Of a DNA stretch of 50,756 nt, positions 16,856-26,097 are shown piece by piece. A program made the translations under genes and the position numbers. Source of the DNA: Minisyncoccia bacterium (GTDB lineage: Bacteria; Patescibacteriota; Minisyncoccia; Phycocordibacterales; UBA5272); NCBI GenBank assembly GCA_039809325.1, contig JBDHUS010000003.1, positions 1-50,756 on the forward strand, written 5' to 3'. Each line of letters opens with the position of its first letter. Position 1 is the first letter of the stretch. The notes under the pieces were generated by a model, which saw only the letters and a program-made list of their open reading frames with translations, did no database searches and was not told the DNA's origin.

Positions 16856-18272
16856 TAATGAGATAAAAATAGTTAGAAGTAATAGAAATATTTCTGACGA
16901 ATTTGATAATAAATTTTTAGATAGAAGAAATATTTCTGAAAAGGCTGAGATGTTTGAAAAAGGAGAGTATCAAGATATTTCTTACACAAGAGAAGGAAAG
17001 CCTATTATGAAAGCTTCTTCTCATTTTGATTTGAAAAATTCTATTTCTAAAAAAAGAAAAAGAGATGATTTTGATGTTTTAAAAAGAGGAGAATTTTTTA
17101 ATTCTAAAAAAAGAGATTTTGATGAAGAAGATATTAAGATTTATAAAAAGGCTAAAAATAAAAAGAATAAAAGAAAAAAAGTATTTTGGTATTCAATTTT
17201 TATAATACTAATATTAGGATTTTTATCTTTAACTTTCATTTTTGATAAAGCTACTATTAATATTAATCCAAAATATAAAGATATAGATATTTCAGATCAG
17301 TTTTTATTTTTTAAAGACGATATATTAGTAGATATTGCTTCCACTACATTGTCTAAAACTATTTTAAGATCAGAGCCAAAAGAAGTTAATCAAAAAGCAC
17401 AAGGTGAAATAACTATTTATAATAATTATTCAGATGCTCCTCAAGTTTTAATTAAAAATACAAGATTTCAAACTGAAGATGGAAAAATTTTTAGAATAAG
17501 CGACAGCATAACTGTACCAGGAAAAAATGGAAATAATCCAGGAACTATAAAGATTAAGGTATCAGCGGATACTTATGGAAAAGAATATAATATAGGCCCT
17601 ACAGATTTCAAAATACCAGGATTTAAAGGTACAGCAAGATATGATGCCTTTTATGCTAAATCTGATACTCAAATGTCTGGTGGAGCCTCAGGTATTGTGC
17701 AAATAGTTTCAGAAGCTGATATAGAAAATGCAAATTCAGAATTAAAACCAAAGCTTGTTTCAGACTTATCTTCTATTACAAACAATATAATACATGATGG
17801 ATATTATACTTTATACGGAGTTCCTATAATTACTTTTTCTGATAATAGTAATATTTTACCAACAGCAGAAGATAATACATACTATTTATCTGGATTTTCT
17901 ACCATATTTTCTATCAAAAAAGATATATTAGCTAAAATGATAGCAAAACAAGCTTTAAAAGATGAATATAATGAACAAGATCTAGTCAGACTTGAAAATA
18001 TTGATAATTTATCATTTTCTTTAGCGGAAGATACAGACTCAAATTCTAATATTTTAAAGGTTAAAATAGAAGGAAAAGTTAGAATTGTTTGGACATATTC
18101 AGATAATGAATTAAAAAATGATTTAGTAGGTCAAAAAGTTAAAAATTTTACAAAAATACTAGAAAAATATAATTATGCTATACTAGATGTCACTTATAGT
18201 ACAAATCCAAACTGGATGAATAGTTTTCCAGATTCTTTAAATAAAATTAAAATAATAGAAGAAATTAAATAA
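16815..18272 (+). CDS. Membrane-anchored baseplate J/gp47-like domain protein (CPR type)
   Basis: Charged N-terminus, one TM helix, then KAQGEITIYN...TRFQTEDGKIF....ITVPG...ADTYGKEYNIG...MSGG. Confidence 0.7.
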   Translation: MRDIRKRYHNSKSNNEIKIVRSNRNISDEFDNKFLDRRNISEKAEMFEKGEYQDISYTREGKPIMKASSHFDLKNSISKKRKRDDFDVLKRGEFFNSKKRDFDEEDIKIYKKAKNKKNKRKKVFWYSIFIILILGFLSLTFIFDKATININPKYKDIDISDQFLFFKDDILVDIASTTLSKTILRSEPKEVNQKAQGEITIYNNYSDAPQVLIKNTRFQTEDGKIFRISDSITVPGKNGNNPGTIKIKVSADTYGKEYNIGPTDFKIPGFKGTARYDAFYAKSDTQMSGGASGIVQIVSEADIENANSELKPKLVSDLSSITNNIIHDGYYTLYGVPIITFSDNSNILPTAEDNTYYLSGFSTIFSIKKDILAKMIAKQALKDEYNEQDLVRLENIDNLSFSLAEDTDSNSNILKVKIEGKVRIVWTYSDNELKNDLVGQKVKNFTKILEKYNYAILDVTYSTNPNWMNSFPDSLNKIKIIEEIK

Positions 18273-18289
18273 AATAAATTAAATTAAAT

Positions 18290-18502
18290 ATGGATGATGA
18301 ATTAGAAATAAAAGAAGGAAGAGTAATAGAAGCGCTACCAGCAGCTCTTTTTAGAGTTAAATTTAATGATGATGGTCGAGAAATGGTCTGCTTCTTAAAA
18401 GGAAAAATTAAAGTATTTAAAATTAAAATTTTAGTAGGAGATAAAGTAATAGTTGAAGTAGATCCTTATAGCAATAAAGGGCGTATTATTCGTAGGATTT
18501 AA
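18290..18502 (+). CDS. infA: Translation initiation factor IF-1
   Basis: EGRVIEALPAALFRV...GKIKVFKIKILVGDKV.VE..PY..KGRIIRR. Confidence 0.95.
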   Translation: MDDELEIKEGRVIEALPAALFRVKFNDDGREMVCFLKGKIKVFKIKILVGDKVIVEVDPYSNKGRIIRRI

Positions 18503-18539
18503 AGTTTTATTTAAAAATAATAAATATATAAATAATTAC

Positions 18540-18568
18540 TTGCATTTATTATATTTTTGTAGTATACT
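18540..18568 (+). promoter_or_regulatory. Sigma70 promoter upstream of rpmJ
   Basis: TTGCAT-N17-TATACT. Confidence 0.7.
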
Positions 18569-18617
18569 TCTCTAACAAACTAAAAACTAGTTTTATTTTT
18601 TTGCTCAATCATAATTT

Positions 18618-18731
18618 ATGAAAGTAAAATCATCAATTAAAAAAATTTGTTCAAATTGTAAGATGATTAAGAGAGAAGGCACTCTTCGTGTTATTTGTGT
18701 CAATCCTAAGCATAAACAAGCACAAAGATAA
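18618..18731 (+). CDS. rpmJ: 50S ribosomal protein bL36 (missing from the ORF track)
   Basis: [37 protein letters not shown] with C/C/C/H zinc ligands; between infA and rpsM. Confidence 0.96.
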   Translation: MKVKSSIKKICSNCKMIKREGTLRVICVNPKHKQAQR

Positions 18732-18752
18732 TTATAATTAAATATTCATAAT

Positions 18753-19133
18753 ATGCGTATAGCAGGTATAACAATTCCAGAAAATAAAAGATTAGAGATA
18801 GCATTAACTGCTGTTTATGGTATTGGGCGAAGTAGAGCAAAAATTATCTTAAATAATTTAAATATAGATATAGGTAAAAAAGTTCCAGAATTAAGCCAAG
18901 AAGAAGAAAAAGATATTAGAAAAGAAGTCGAATCTTTTAAAATTGAAGGAGATTTGAGAAGGGATAAACAATTAAATATAAAAAGAATAAAAGATATTAA
19001 AACTTATAAAGGTATAAGACATATTAAGAATCTACCAGTTAGAGGTCAAAGAACAAAAACTAATTCTCGTACTATAAGAGGCAATAGAAGAGTAACTATG
19101 GGTTCAGGTAGAAGAAAGACAGAAAAAACATAA
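18753..19133 (+). CDS. rpsM: 30S ribosomal protein uS13
   Basis: MRIAGITIP, ALTAVYGIG, LPVRGQRTKTNSRT. Confidence 0.98.
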   Translation: MRIAGITIPENKRLEIALTAVYGIGRSRAKIILNNLNIDIGKKVPELSQEEEKDIRKEVESFKIEGDLRRDKQLNIKRIKDIKTYKGIRHIKNLPVRGQRTKTNSRTIRGNRRVTMGSGRRKTEKT

Positions 19134-19152
19134 AAATTTATTTATCAAATTT

Positions 19153-19587
19153 ATGGGAAAAAAACGAGTAGTAAAAAAAGTAGGTGCAGGATTAGACAAT
19201 GCTTTAAAAGCAAGAAGTCTTTCAAAAGCTCTTAAGAGAAAAATCTCCGAAGGAATATTATATGTTGAATCAACATATAATAATACAAAATTAACATTAA
19301 CAGATACAAGTGGCAATGTTATGACATGGTCAACTTCTGGATCGCTTGGATTTAAAGGGGCAAAAAAAGGAACTCCTTTTGCTGCTGGAAAAATAGCAGA
19401 AGTTATTGGAGAAAAAGCTTCACAAGCAGGTGTAAAAGAGGTTAAAGTTATTGTTAAAGGAGTAGGATCAGGAAGAGAAGCAGCTATTAGAAGTTTTGCA
19501 GCTTTTGGTATGGATATTACTTCAATAGAAGATCAAACCCCAGTTCCTCATAATGGTCCAAAACCTAAAAAACCAAGAAGAATCTAG
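19153..19587 (+). CDS. rpsK: 30S ribosomal protein uS11
   Basis: STYNNT, GFKGAKKGTPFAA, GSGREAAIR, DQTPVPHNG. Confidence 0.98.
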   Translation: MGKKRVVKKVGAGLDNALKARSLSKALKRKISEGILYVESTYNNTKLTLTDTSGNVMTWSTSGSLGFKGAKKGTPFAAGKIAEVIGEKASQAGVKEVKVIVKGVGSGREAAIRSFAAFGMDITSIEDQTPVPHNGPKPKKPRRI

Positions 19588-19602
19588 AATTATTTAAAAT
19601 TT

Positions 19603-20160
19603 ATGGCAGAAAAAACATCACAAAAAACAAATACAACAAATAAATCTCAAATTGAAAGAAAACATAAAACAAATCTTTCTGAGTATGGAATTCAAATGAG
19701 AGAGAAACAAAAAATCAAAAAAGACTATGGAGTTTCTGAAAAACAATTTGTATCATATGTTAAATATGCACAAAAATCTACAATAAATACAAAAATACCT
19801 CCAGCATTAGGTATTTATAGAGGTCTTGAAACTAGACTTGATAATGTTATTTTTAGAATGGGGCTCACAAAAACAAGAAGAGCTGCAAGACAAATGGTTT
19901 CTCATGGACATATACTTGTAAATGGGAAAAAGATTAATATTCCTTCACATAAAATTAAAATAAATGATATTATATCAATAAGAGAAGGGTCAAAAAATAC
20001 AAAATTATTTATAGAGATTCCTCTAAAAGAAAGAGATTTTTCTACTTCTGATTGGATAGATTTGAATATTTCAAAACTTGAAGCAAAAATTTTAGCTTTA
20101 CCAAAAGAAATAGAAGCCGGATTTGATTTTGCAAAAGTCCTTGAATTTTATAGTAGATAA
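19603..20160 (+). CDS. rpsD: 30S ribosomal protein uS4, N-terminally shortened
   Basis: SEYGIQMREKQK, LETRLDNVIFRMG, ARQMVSHGHI, VLEFYSR. Confidence 0.96.
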   Translation: MAEKTSQKTNTTNKSQIERKHKTNLSEYGIQMREKQKIKKDYGVSEKQFVSYVKYAQKSTINTKIPPALGIYRGLETRLDNVIFRMGLTKTRRAARQMVSHGHILVNGKKINIPSHKIKINDIISIREGSKNTKLFIEIPLKERDFSTSDWIDLNISKLEAKILALPKEIEAGFDFAKVLEFYSR

Positions 20161-20179
20161 TATTTTAGCTTTAATAGAC

Positions 20180-20209
20180 TTGATTTTTATAGACTTTTTG
20201 TGTTATAAT
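20180..20209 (+). promoter_or_regulatory. Internal promoter upstream of rpoA
   Basis: TTGATT-N18-TATAAT with TG extension. Confidence 0.6.
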
Positions 20210-20272
20210 TTAAACTATTAAATTCGTTTATTTATTAGAACAATAGGTCAGAAAATAATAAAAATAAAATTT

Positions 20273-21244
20273 ATGCATTCACAAAATATCAATTTACCAT
20301 CAAAACCAAAAATAATTAAAGAAGAGGGCAATAAAGGTACTTATGAGATAGACGGTCTATATCCAGGATATGGATACACTTTAGGAAATTCAATGAGAAG
20401 AATTATCATCTCTTCTATACCAGGAGCAGCCATAACTTCTTTATCTATAGAAGGAGTAAAACATGAATTTTCTACAATAGAAGGAATAAAAGAAGATGTG
20501 ATAGGTATTATTTTAAATCTTAAAAATATTAATTTTACATTACATTCAGATGAGCCACAAAAGATTTTTTTAAAAGTAAAAGGTCCTAAAGTTATAACAG
20601 CTGGAGATATAGAAGCAAATTCTTCAATTTCTATTTTGAATAAAGATGCATATATATGTGAAATTACTGGTAAAATTTCTCTTGAAATGGAGATGACAGT
20701 AGAAAAAGGTATAGGATATATTTCAAAAGAACAAGTAGAAAAAGAAAGAACAGCAATAGGAGCCATTTCTCTAGATGCTGCATTTACTCCTGTACGAAGA
20801 GCTGGTTATGAGGTTGAAAATATGCGTGTGGGAGATAGAACTGATCATAATAGACTAAGAATAATTATTGAGACTGACGGTACTATTTCACCTAGAGAAG
20901 TTTTAGAGCATTCAATAGAAATAATGATAAAACAACTTCAAGCTATAGTAGGGTTTAAAGAAAATTTAATACAACAAAAAGAAGAAGGTATAATGTCTGA
21001 TGATATTACAGAAATAGTTATGGATAAAGCAGATTCACCAACCAAAATAAAAATAGAAGAATTACAATTTTCTACACGTACAGAAAATGCTTTAATAGCA
21101 GGAGGAATAAAAACTTTATCGAATCTTTTAAAAAAGACAGAAACTGATCTTAAAGCATTAGGTGGTCTTGGAGACAAAGCAATAGAAGAAATAAAAGAAT
21201 TATTAGATGGTAAAGGTCTTTCTTTAAAATTAGAAAAAAAATAA
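20273..21244 (+). CDS. rpoA: RNA polymerase alpha subunit
   Basis: GYGYTLGNSMRR, HEFSTIEGIKEDV, alpha-CTD STRTENAL...GLGDKAIEEI. Confidence 0.98.
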   Translation: MHSQNINLPSKPKIIKEEGNKGTYEIDGLYPGYGYTLGNSMRRIIISSIPGAAITSLSIEGVKHEFSTIEGIKEDVIGIILNLKNINFTLHSDEPQKIFLKVKGPKVITAGDIEANSSISILNKDAYICEITGKISLEMEMTVEKGIGYISKEQVEKERTAIGAISLDAAFTPVRRAGYEVENMRVGDRTDHNRLRIIIETDGTISPREVLEHSIEIMIKQLQAIVGFKENLIQQKEEGIMSDDITEIVMDKADSPTKIKIEELQFSTRTENALIAGGIKTLSNLLKKTETDLKALGGLGDKAIEEIKELLDGKGLSLKLEKK

Positions 21245-21289
21245 ATTTGCAAAAAAAGACAAAAAAGTGTATAAAATACAAATAAAATC

Positions 21290-21643
21290 ATGAAGCATCA
21301 TAAAAACTTTAGAAAATTTGGAAGAGAAAAAAATCAAAGGCAAGCATTTATAAAAGGTTTAGTTATTAATCTTATTCGTAATAGCAAAATAGAAACTACA
21401 GAAGCTAGAGCAAAAGAAATTAGACCTTTTGTAGAGAGACTTATTACTTTAGCAAAGATAGACTCTGTATCAAGAAGAAGGCTTGTTTCAAGCAGAATTT
21501 TTAATCAAGAAAATGAGACTAAAAAACTTTTTAGTGAATTAGCGCCTAAATATAAAGAAGTAAATGGAGGATATACAAGAATTACAAAACTTGGTCAAAG
21601 AATAGGTGACGGCTCTCCAATTGCTGTAATTGAATTTGTATAA
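21290..21643 (+). CDS. rplQ: 50S ribosomal protein bL17
   Basis: IETTEARAKEIR, GGYTRITK, GDGSPIAVIE. Confidence 0.97.
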   Translation: MKHHKNFRKFGREKNQRQAFIKGLVINLIRNSKIETTEARAKEIRPFVERLITLAKIDSVSRRRLVSSRIFNQENETKKLFSELAPKYKEVNGGYTRITKLGQRIGDGSPIAVIEFV

Positions 21644-21647
21644 AAAT

Positions 21648-22013
21648 ATGACAACTTTAAATATTAAAAAAGAATATACTATAGATGCAGAAGGAAAAAC
21701 TCTAGGAAGACTTTCTACAGAGATCGCAGCTATTTTGAATGGTAAAAATAGTGTAAATTTTGCAAAAAATAGAGTCTCTCTCGTAGAAGTAAAAGTATTA
21801 AATGCTTCAAAAGTAAAATTAACAGGAAACAAAATGAAAGAAGTTTTTCACAAAAGATATTCTGGTTATCCAGGAGGACAGAAATTTCTTAATCTTGCTA
21901 TGGTAGCAGAAAAAAAGGGTTATAAAGAAATAATTCGTCATGCAGTAGAAGGAATGCTTCCTAAAAACAGATTACAAGACAAAAGAATGAAAAACCTTTT
22001 AATAGAAGAATAA
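21648..22013 (+). CDS. rplM: 50S ribosomal protein uL13 (short form)
   Basis: IDAEGKTLGRLST, YSGYPGG, AVEGMLPKNRL; ATG 21648 preferred. Confidence 0.96.
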   Translation: MTTLNIKKEYTIDAEGKTLGRLSTEIAAILNGKNSVNFAKNRVSLVEVKVLNASKVKLTGNKMKEVFHKRYSGYPGGQKFLNLAMVAEKKGYKEIIRHAVEGMLPKNRLQDKRMKNLLIEE

Positions 22014-22031
22014 TAAATAATTTATAAATTT

Positions 22032-22424
22032 ATGAATAAATATATAGAAGCAATAGGAAGAAGAAAAACATCTACAGCAAGAGTAAGATTAACTCCAGCT
22101 AGTAAGGCTTCTTTTATAATAAACGATAAAAATGTTCATGATTATTTTCAAACATCTGAATTACTTGCTATTGTAAACGATGCATTTACTAAAAGTGGAA
22201 TAGCAAATAAGTATACTATCACTGTAAAAGTTTCAGGATCTGGTATTCATTCACAAGCAGAAGCTGTTCGCCATGGTATTACAAGAGCATTAGTAAAAGA
22301 AGATGAATCTTTGAGAAAAGAGCTCAAAAAATTAGGTTTCTTAAAAAGAGATCCTAGAAGTAAAGAAAGAAAGAAATTTGGACTTAAGAAAGCTAGAAAA
22401 GGCCCAACTTGGTCAAAGAGATAA
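22032..22424 (+). CDS. rpsI: 30S ribosomal protein uS9
   Basis: GRRKTSTARV, RDPRSKERKKFGLKKARKGPTWSKR. Confidence 0.98.
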   Translation: MNKYIEAIGRRKTSTARVRLTPASKASFIINDKNVHDYFQTSELLAIVNDAFTKSGIANKYTITVKVSGSGIHSQAEAVRHGITRALVKEDESLRKELKKLGFLKRDPRSKERKKFGLKKARKGPTWSKR

Positions 22425-22460
22425 AAACAAAAAAACTGCGTAAAAGCAGTTTTTTGTTTT
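22424..22460 (+). terminator. Terminator of the ribosomal protein cluster
   Basis: AAAAAACTGC/GCAGTTTTTT stem with T tract. Confidence 0.75.
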
Positions 22461-22799
22461 AGTCATATTGAATTGTTTTCTGCAACTTAAAGACATAATT
22501 AACATATAATATTTTTATATAAAATGCAATATTTTATTAAGAATAATGGTTGATAAAATAGAAAATCTCTTATTTTTCAATTTTTCATAAATCTTGACAA
22601 AAATTTTCCTTTTCGCCGCGACCTTACTTTATGGAAAAATAATAATGGAAAGGTTTGCTCTATGGCTTTATGACATGTGCTCGGCGTATTATATGTGAGA
22701 ATAAAAAGAATAAAAATGAATGAACTTGAATTTTTTGGTTGGTCTGTTGCCTGTGTTCGCAAAGTTCCAAAACATGTTTAATTTTTGTTTATATTTTTT

Positions 22800-22834
22800 A
22801 AAACCCTATCAAATATCATAGGGTTTTATTTTTT
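22800..22834 (+). terminator. Intrinsic terminator upstream of the grpE promoter
   Basis: AAAACCCTAT/ATAGGGTTTT stem with T-rich tail. Confidence 0.6.
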
Positions 22835-23012
22835 AATAACTATTTTTGCCCTAAAAATTATTTTATGATATTATTTAATTAACACTAAATCTGGGTGAAT
22901 TTATTAAAATACAAGAAATGAAAATAAGTTAGTGTTTTGTTGTTTTCCACTTATGCAATAATTTATTTGTGAAATTTAATAAAGATAAAAAGCTTAGGTG
23001 GATTTAAAAAAT

Positions 23013-23687
23013 ATGAAAGATAAAAATTTAAACAATGATAATTTAGATAATATAGAAAACTTAGAAGATTTTGAAAGAGAGGAGGATGCCACTTCTAAAA
23101 GTGAAGATTATGTTAGTGACGATGTTGTTTTCGAAGAATTAAATGCTGAAGGAGAAGAAATGAGTGAAAAAGAAAAGGAGAAACATCATAAAGATAAATT
23201 GAAAGAAAAATTTGAAAATAAAATAAAAAGGTTGGAAAAGGAAAGAGATGAATATTTAGCTGGATGGCAAAGAGCTCAAGCTGATTATAAAAATCGCGAA
23301 AAAGAAATAGAAGAGTATAAAAAAGATATATTAAAATTTGCGAATACAAATCTTATTAGAGATATTATACCAGTATTTGATGGTTATGATATGGCTAGAA
23401 ATAATAAAACTTTATGGGAATCTGTAGATGCAAATTGGAGAGTTGGGGTAGAATATCTTTTTATGCAATTAGAAAAAGTTTTAGAATCAAATGGAGTTCA
23501 AACTTTTGGAGAAATCGGTGAAGTTTATGACACGGCTTTTCATGAAGCTGTAGAAAAAATAGAATTAGACTTTACAGAAAAAGATAATAATGGTAAAATA
23601 TTATATGTACTTCAGAAAGGCTATAAGATAGAAAATAAAATATTGAGAGAAGCGAAAGTAAAAGTCGGATATTTTGAAGAAAAATAA
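23013..23687 (+). CDS. grpE: Nucleotide exchange factor GrpE
   Basis: [19 protein letters not shown]....ILREAKVKV; ATG 23013 or GTG 22998. Confidence 0.95.
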   Translation: MKDKNLNNDNLDNIENLEDFEREEDATSKSEDYVSDDVVFEELNAEGEEMSEKEKEKHHKDKLKEKFENKIKRLEKERDEYLAGWQRAQADYKNREKEIEEYKKDILKFANTNLIRDIIPVFDGYDMARNNKTLWESVDANWRVGVEYLFMQLEKVLESNGVQTFGEIGEVYDTAFHEAVEKIELDFTEKDNNGKILYVLQKGYKIENKILREAKVKVGYFEEK

Positions 23688-23740
23688 TCTTATTAAAAAT
23701 TAAATTAATAATTAATAAAATTAAAATAAAAATAAAAAAT

Positions 23741-25669
23741 ATGAGTAAAATTATAGGTATAGATTTAGGAACAACAAATTCAGCAGTGGCTATTATAGAA
23801 GGAGGACATCCAAAAATAATTGAAAATGTAGAAGGCTATAGAACAACACCTTCTGTAATATCTTATGCTAAAAATGGTGAAAAATCAGTAGGAGTTACAG
23901 CAAAAAGACAAGCTGTTATTAATCCAGAAAATACTATTTATGGAGTAAAGAGATATATGGGCCACTCTTTTAAAGATAAAGAAGTGCAAAATGATATTCC
24001 TAATGTAGCATACAAATTAAAAGAAGGACAAAATGGGTCAGTACTTATCACTTTATCTGGAAAAGATTATAGGCCAGAAGAGCTTTCTGCTATGATACTT
24101 CAAAAAATAAAAGGAGATGTAGAAGCAAAACTTGGTGAAAAAATAACAGAAGCAGTTATTACAGTACCAGCATATTTTAATGATACACAAAAGCAAGCCA
24201 CAATAGATGCAGGAAAAATAGCAGGTCTTGATGTTAAAAGAATTATTCCAGAGCCTACAGCAGCAGCTTTAGCTTATGGATTTAATTCAAATAAAAATGA
24301 AAAATTAGCAGTTTATGACTTTGGAGGTGGAACATTTGATATATCAATTTTAGAAGTAGGAGATGGTGTTGTAGAAGTAAAATCAGTAGATGGGGACTCA
24401 CATCTTGGAGGAAGAGACATTGATCAACAAATCATAAAGCATATAGCTGATAAATTTAAAGCTGAAACAGGTATAGAAGTATTAAATGACACTTTAGCAT
24501 TACAAAGAATAGATGAGGCAGCAGAAAAAGCAAAACATGAACTTTCTACCCAATCAGAATCTGAAATATTTTTACCATTTCTTGCAGCGGGGAGTGATGG
24601 ACCAAAAAATCTTCAAATGAAATTAACTCGTGCAGAACTTGAAAATCTTGCTCGTCCATTTATAGAAAGAACAATAGAAATAACAAAAAGAGCATTAGAG
24701 AATTCTCCATTTAAAAAAGAAGAGATTCATGATGTAATTTTAGTTGGGGGACAGACAAGAATGCCAATGGTAATAGAAGCTGTTAAAAATCTTTTTGGTA
24801 AAGACCCAAATAGAAGTATAAATCCAGACGAAGTAGTTGCTATGGGTGCAGCAGTACAAGCCGGAGTTCTTCAAGGAGATGTAAAAGATATACTTCTTCT
24901 TGATGTGATACCTTTATCACTTGGTATTGAGACTATGGGTGGAGTAGCTACAAAGATTGTAGAGAAAAATACGACTATTCCAACTCAGAGATCACAAACA
25001 TTCTCAACAGCAGCAGATAATCAGACATCAGTAGAGATTCATATAGTTCAAGGTGAAAGACCGCTTGCAGTAGATAATAAATCTCTAGGAAGATTTATCC
25101 TTGATGGTATTCCACCTGCACCACGTGGTATGCCACAAGTAGAAGTATCTTTTGATATAGACGCAAATGGTATTTTAAATGTAAAAGCAAAAGATAAGAC
25201 AAGTGGTAAAGAGCAATCTGTACGTATAGAGGCCTCATCTGGACTCACTGATGATGATATAAAGAGAATGCAAAATGAAGCAGAAGCAAATGCTGAAGCA
25301 GATAAAAAGAAAATGGAATTAGTAGAAGTAAAAAATTCTGCTGATCAAATGATTCATACTGCCGAGAGAGCTCTCAAAGATGCAGAAGGGAAAATTTCTG
25401 ATGATATTAAAAATGAAGTCACTCAAAAGAGAATTGACCTTACAAGTATTAAAAATAATCCAGATTCTACTCTTGAAGCTATTAAAAAAGCTACAGAAGA
25501 ACTTTCAGAATCTATGATGAAAATAGGTGAAGCAATGAAGACAGCAAATGATAATTCTGGAGCATCAAATACAAATACAGAAAACTCTAATCAAGATTCT
25601 AATTCTAATCAATCAAATTTTAATCATGATGATGAAGATTTGAATAAAAATAATGAAGAACAAAAATAA
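23741..25669 (+). CDS. dnaK: Chaperone DnaK
   Basis: [44 protein letters not shown]. Confidence 0.99.
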   Translation: MSKIIGIDLGTTNSAVAIIEGGHPKIIENVEGYRTTPSVISYAKNGEKSVGVTAKRQAVINPENTIYGVKRYMGHSFKDKEVQNDIPNVAYKLKEGQNGSVLITLSGKDYRPEELSAMILQKIKGDVEAKLGEKITEAVITVPAYFNDTQKQATIDAGKIAGLDVKRIIPEPTAAALAYGFNSNKNEKLAVYDFGGGTFDISILEVGDGVVEVKSVDGDSHLGGRDIDQQIIKHIADKFKAETGIEVLNDTLALQRIDEAAEKAKHELSTQSESEIFLPFLAAGSDGPKNLQMKLTRAELENLARPFIERTIEITKRALENSPFKKEEIHDVILVGGQTRMPMVIEAVKNLFGKDPNRSINPDEVVAMGAAVQAGVLQGDVKDILLLDVIPLSLGIETMGGVATKIVEKNTTIPTQRSQTFSTAADNQTSVEIHIVQGERPLAVDNKSLGRFILDGIPPAPRGMPQVEVSFDIDANGILNVKAKDKTSGKEQSVRIEASSGLTDDDIKRMQNEAEANAEADKKKMELVEVKNSADQMIHTAERALKDAEGKISDDIKNEVTQKRIDLTSIKNNPDSTLEAIKKATEELSESMMKIGEAMKTANDNSGASNTNTENSNQDSNSNQSNFNHDDEDLNKNNEEQK

Positions 25670-25674
25670 TTAGA

Positions 25675-25721
25675 GTCTTTATGTAGTAGAGAATAAATAA
25701 ATTCTCTATTATATTAAAGAC
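25675..25721 (+). terminator. Long imperfect hairpin after dnaK
   Basis: GTCTTTATGTAGTAGAGAAT / ATTCTCTATTATATTAAAGAC; no clear T tract. Confidence 0.5.
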
Positions 25722-25755
25722 TTAGATTGTGGTATATAATAAATAAAATAAATAT

Positions 25756-26085
25756 ATGGAAAAGTTTGATTTAGAAAAACGAAAAGGAAATGATAAACAA
25801 TATAAAACTTTAGAAGTAATTCCAAGAACTAGTTTAGGAGGTATAGATTGGTATAAAGCTTTAAAAGAAAGTGCTATTGAGAAACTTTTAAAACATTACA
25901 ATGATATAGTAGTAGAAAGTTATATGAATCCAAATTGGATAACTAAAGATCCAAAAGTTCTTGATGGGTGGCATCTAGCACTTAATGATGTTGAGATTTT
26001 TCCAAATAAATTTATAGATATATATCATATAGATACCAAAGAGAATAAAGGCACATTTCATAGAGTGTTAATACATGAAAAATAA
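25756..26085 (+). CDS. Hypothetical protein between dnaK and dnaJ
   Basis: 109-aa ORF preceded by TATAAT; no recognisable motif. Confidence 0.65.
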   Translation: MEKFDLEKRKGNDKQYKTLEVIPRTSLGGIDWYKALKESAIEKLLKHYNDIVVESYMNPNWITKDPKVLDGWHLALNDVEIFPNKFIDIYHIDTKENKGTFHRVLIHEK

Positions 26086-26097
26086 TATATAAAAATT

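Noticed and set aside
16815-18272. Prophage or contractile injection system
   Set aside because: No sheath, tube, spike, capsid, terminase or integrase genes; flanked by housekeeping genes.
22577-22762. 61-aa minus-strand ORF
   Set aside because: TTG start, no motif, and the nearby terminator fits plus-strand transcription better.
22879-22905. CIRCE element upstream of grpE
   Set aside because: Left arm TTAACACTA matches 7/9, but the right arm at 9-nt spacing (GAATTTATT) does not match GAGTGCTAA, and hrcA is absent here.
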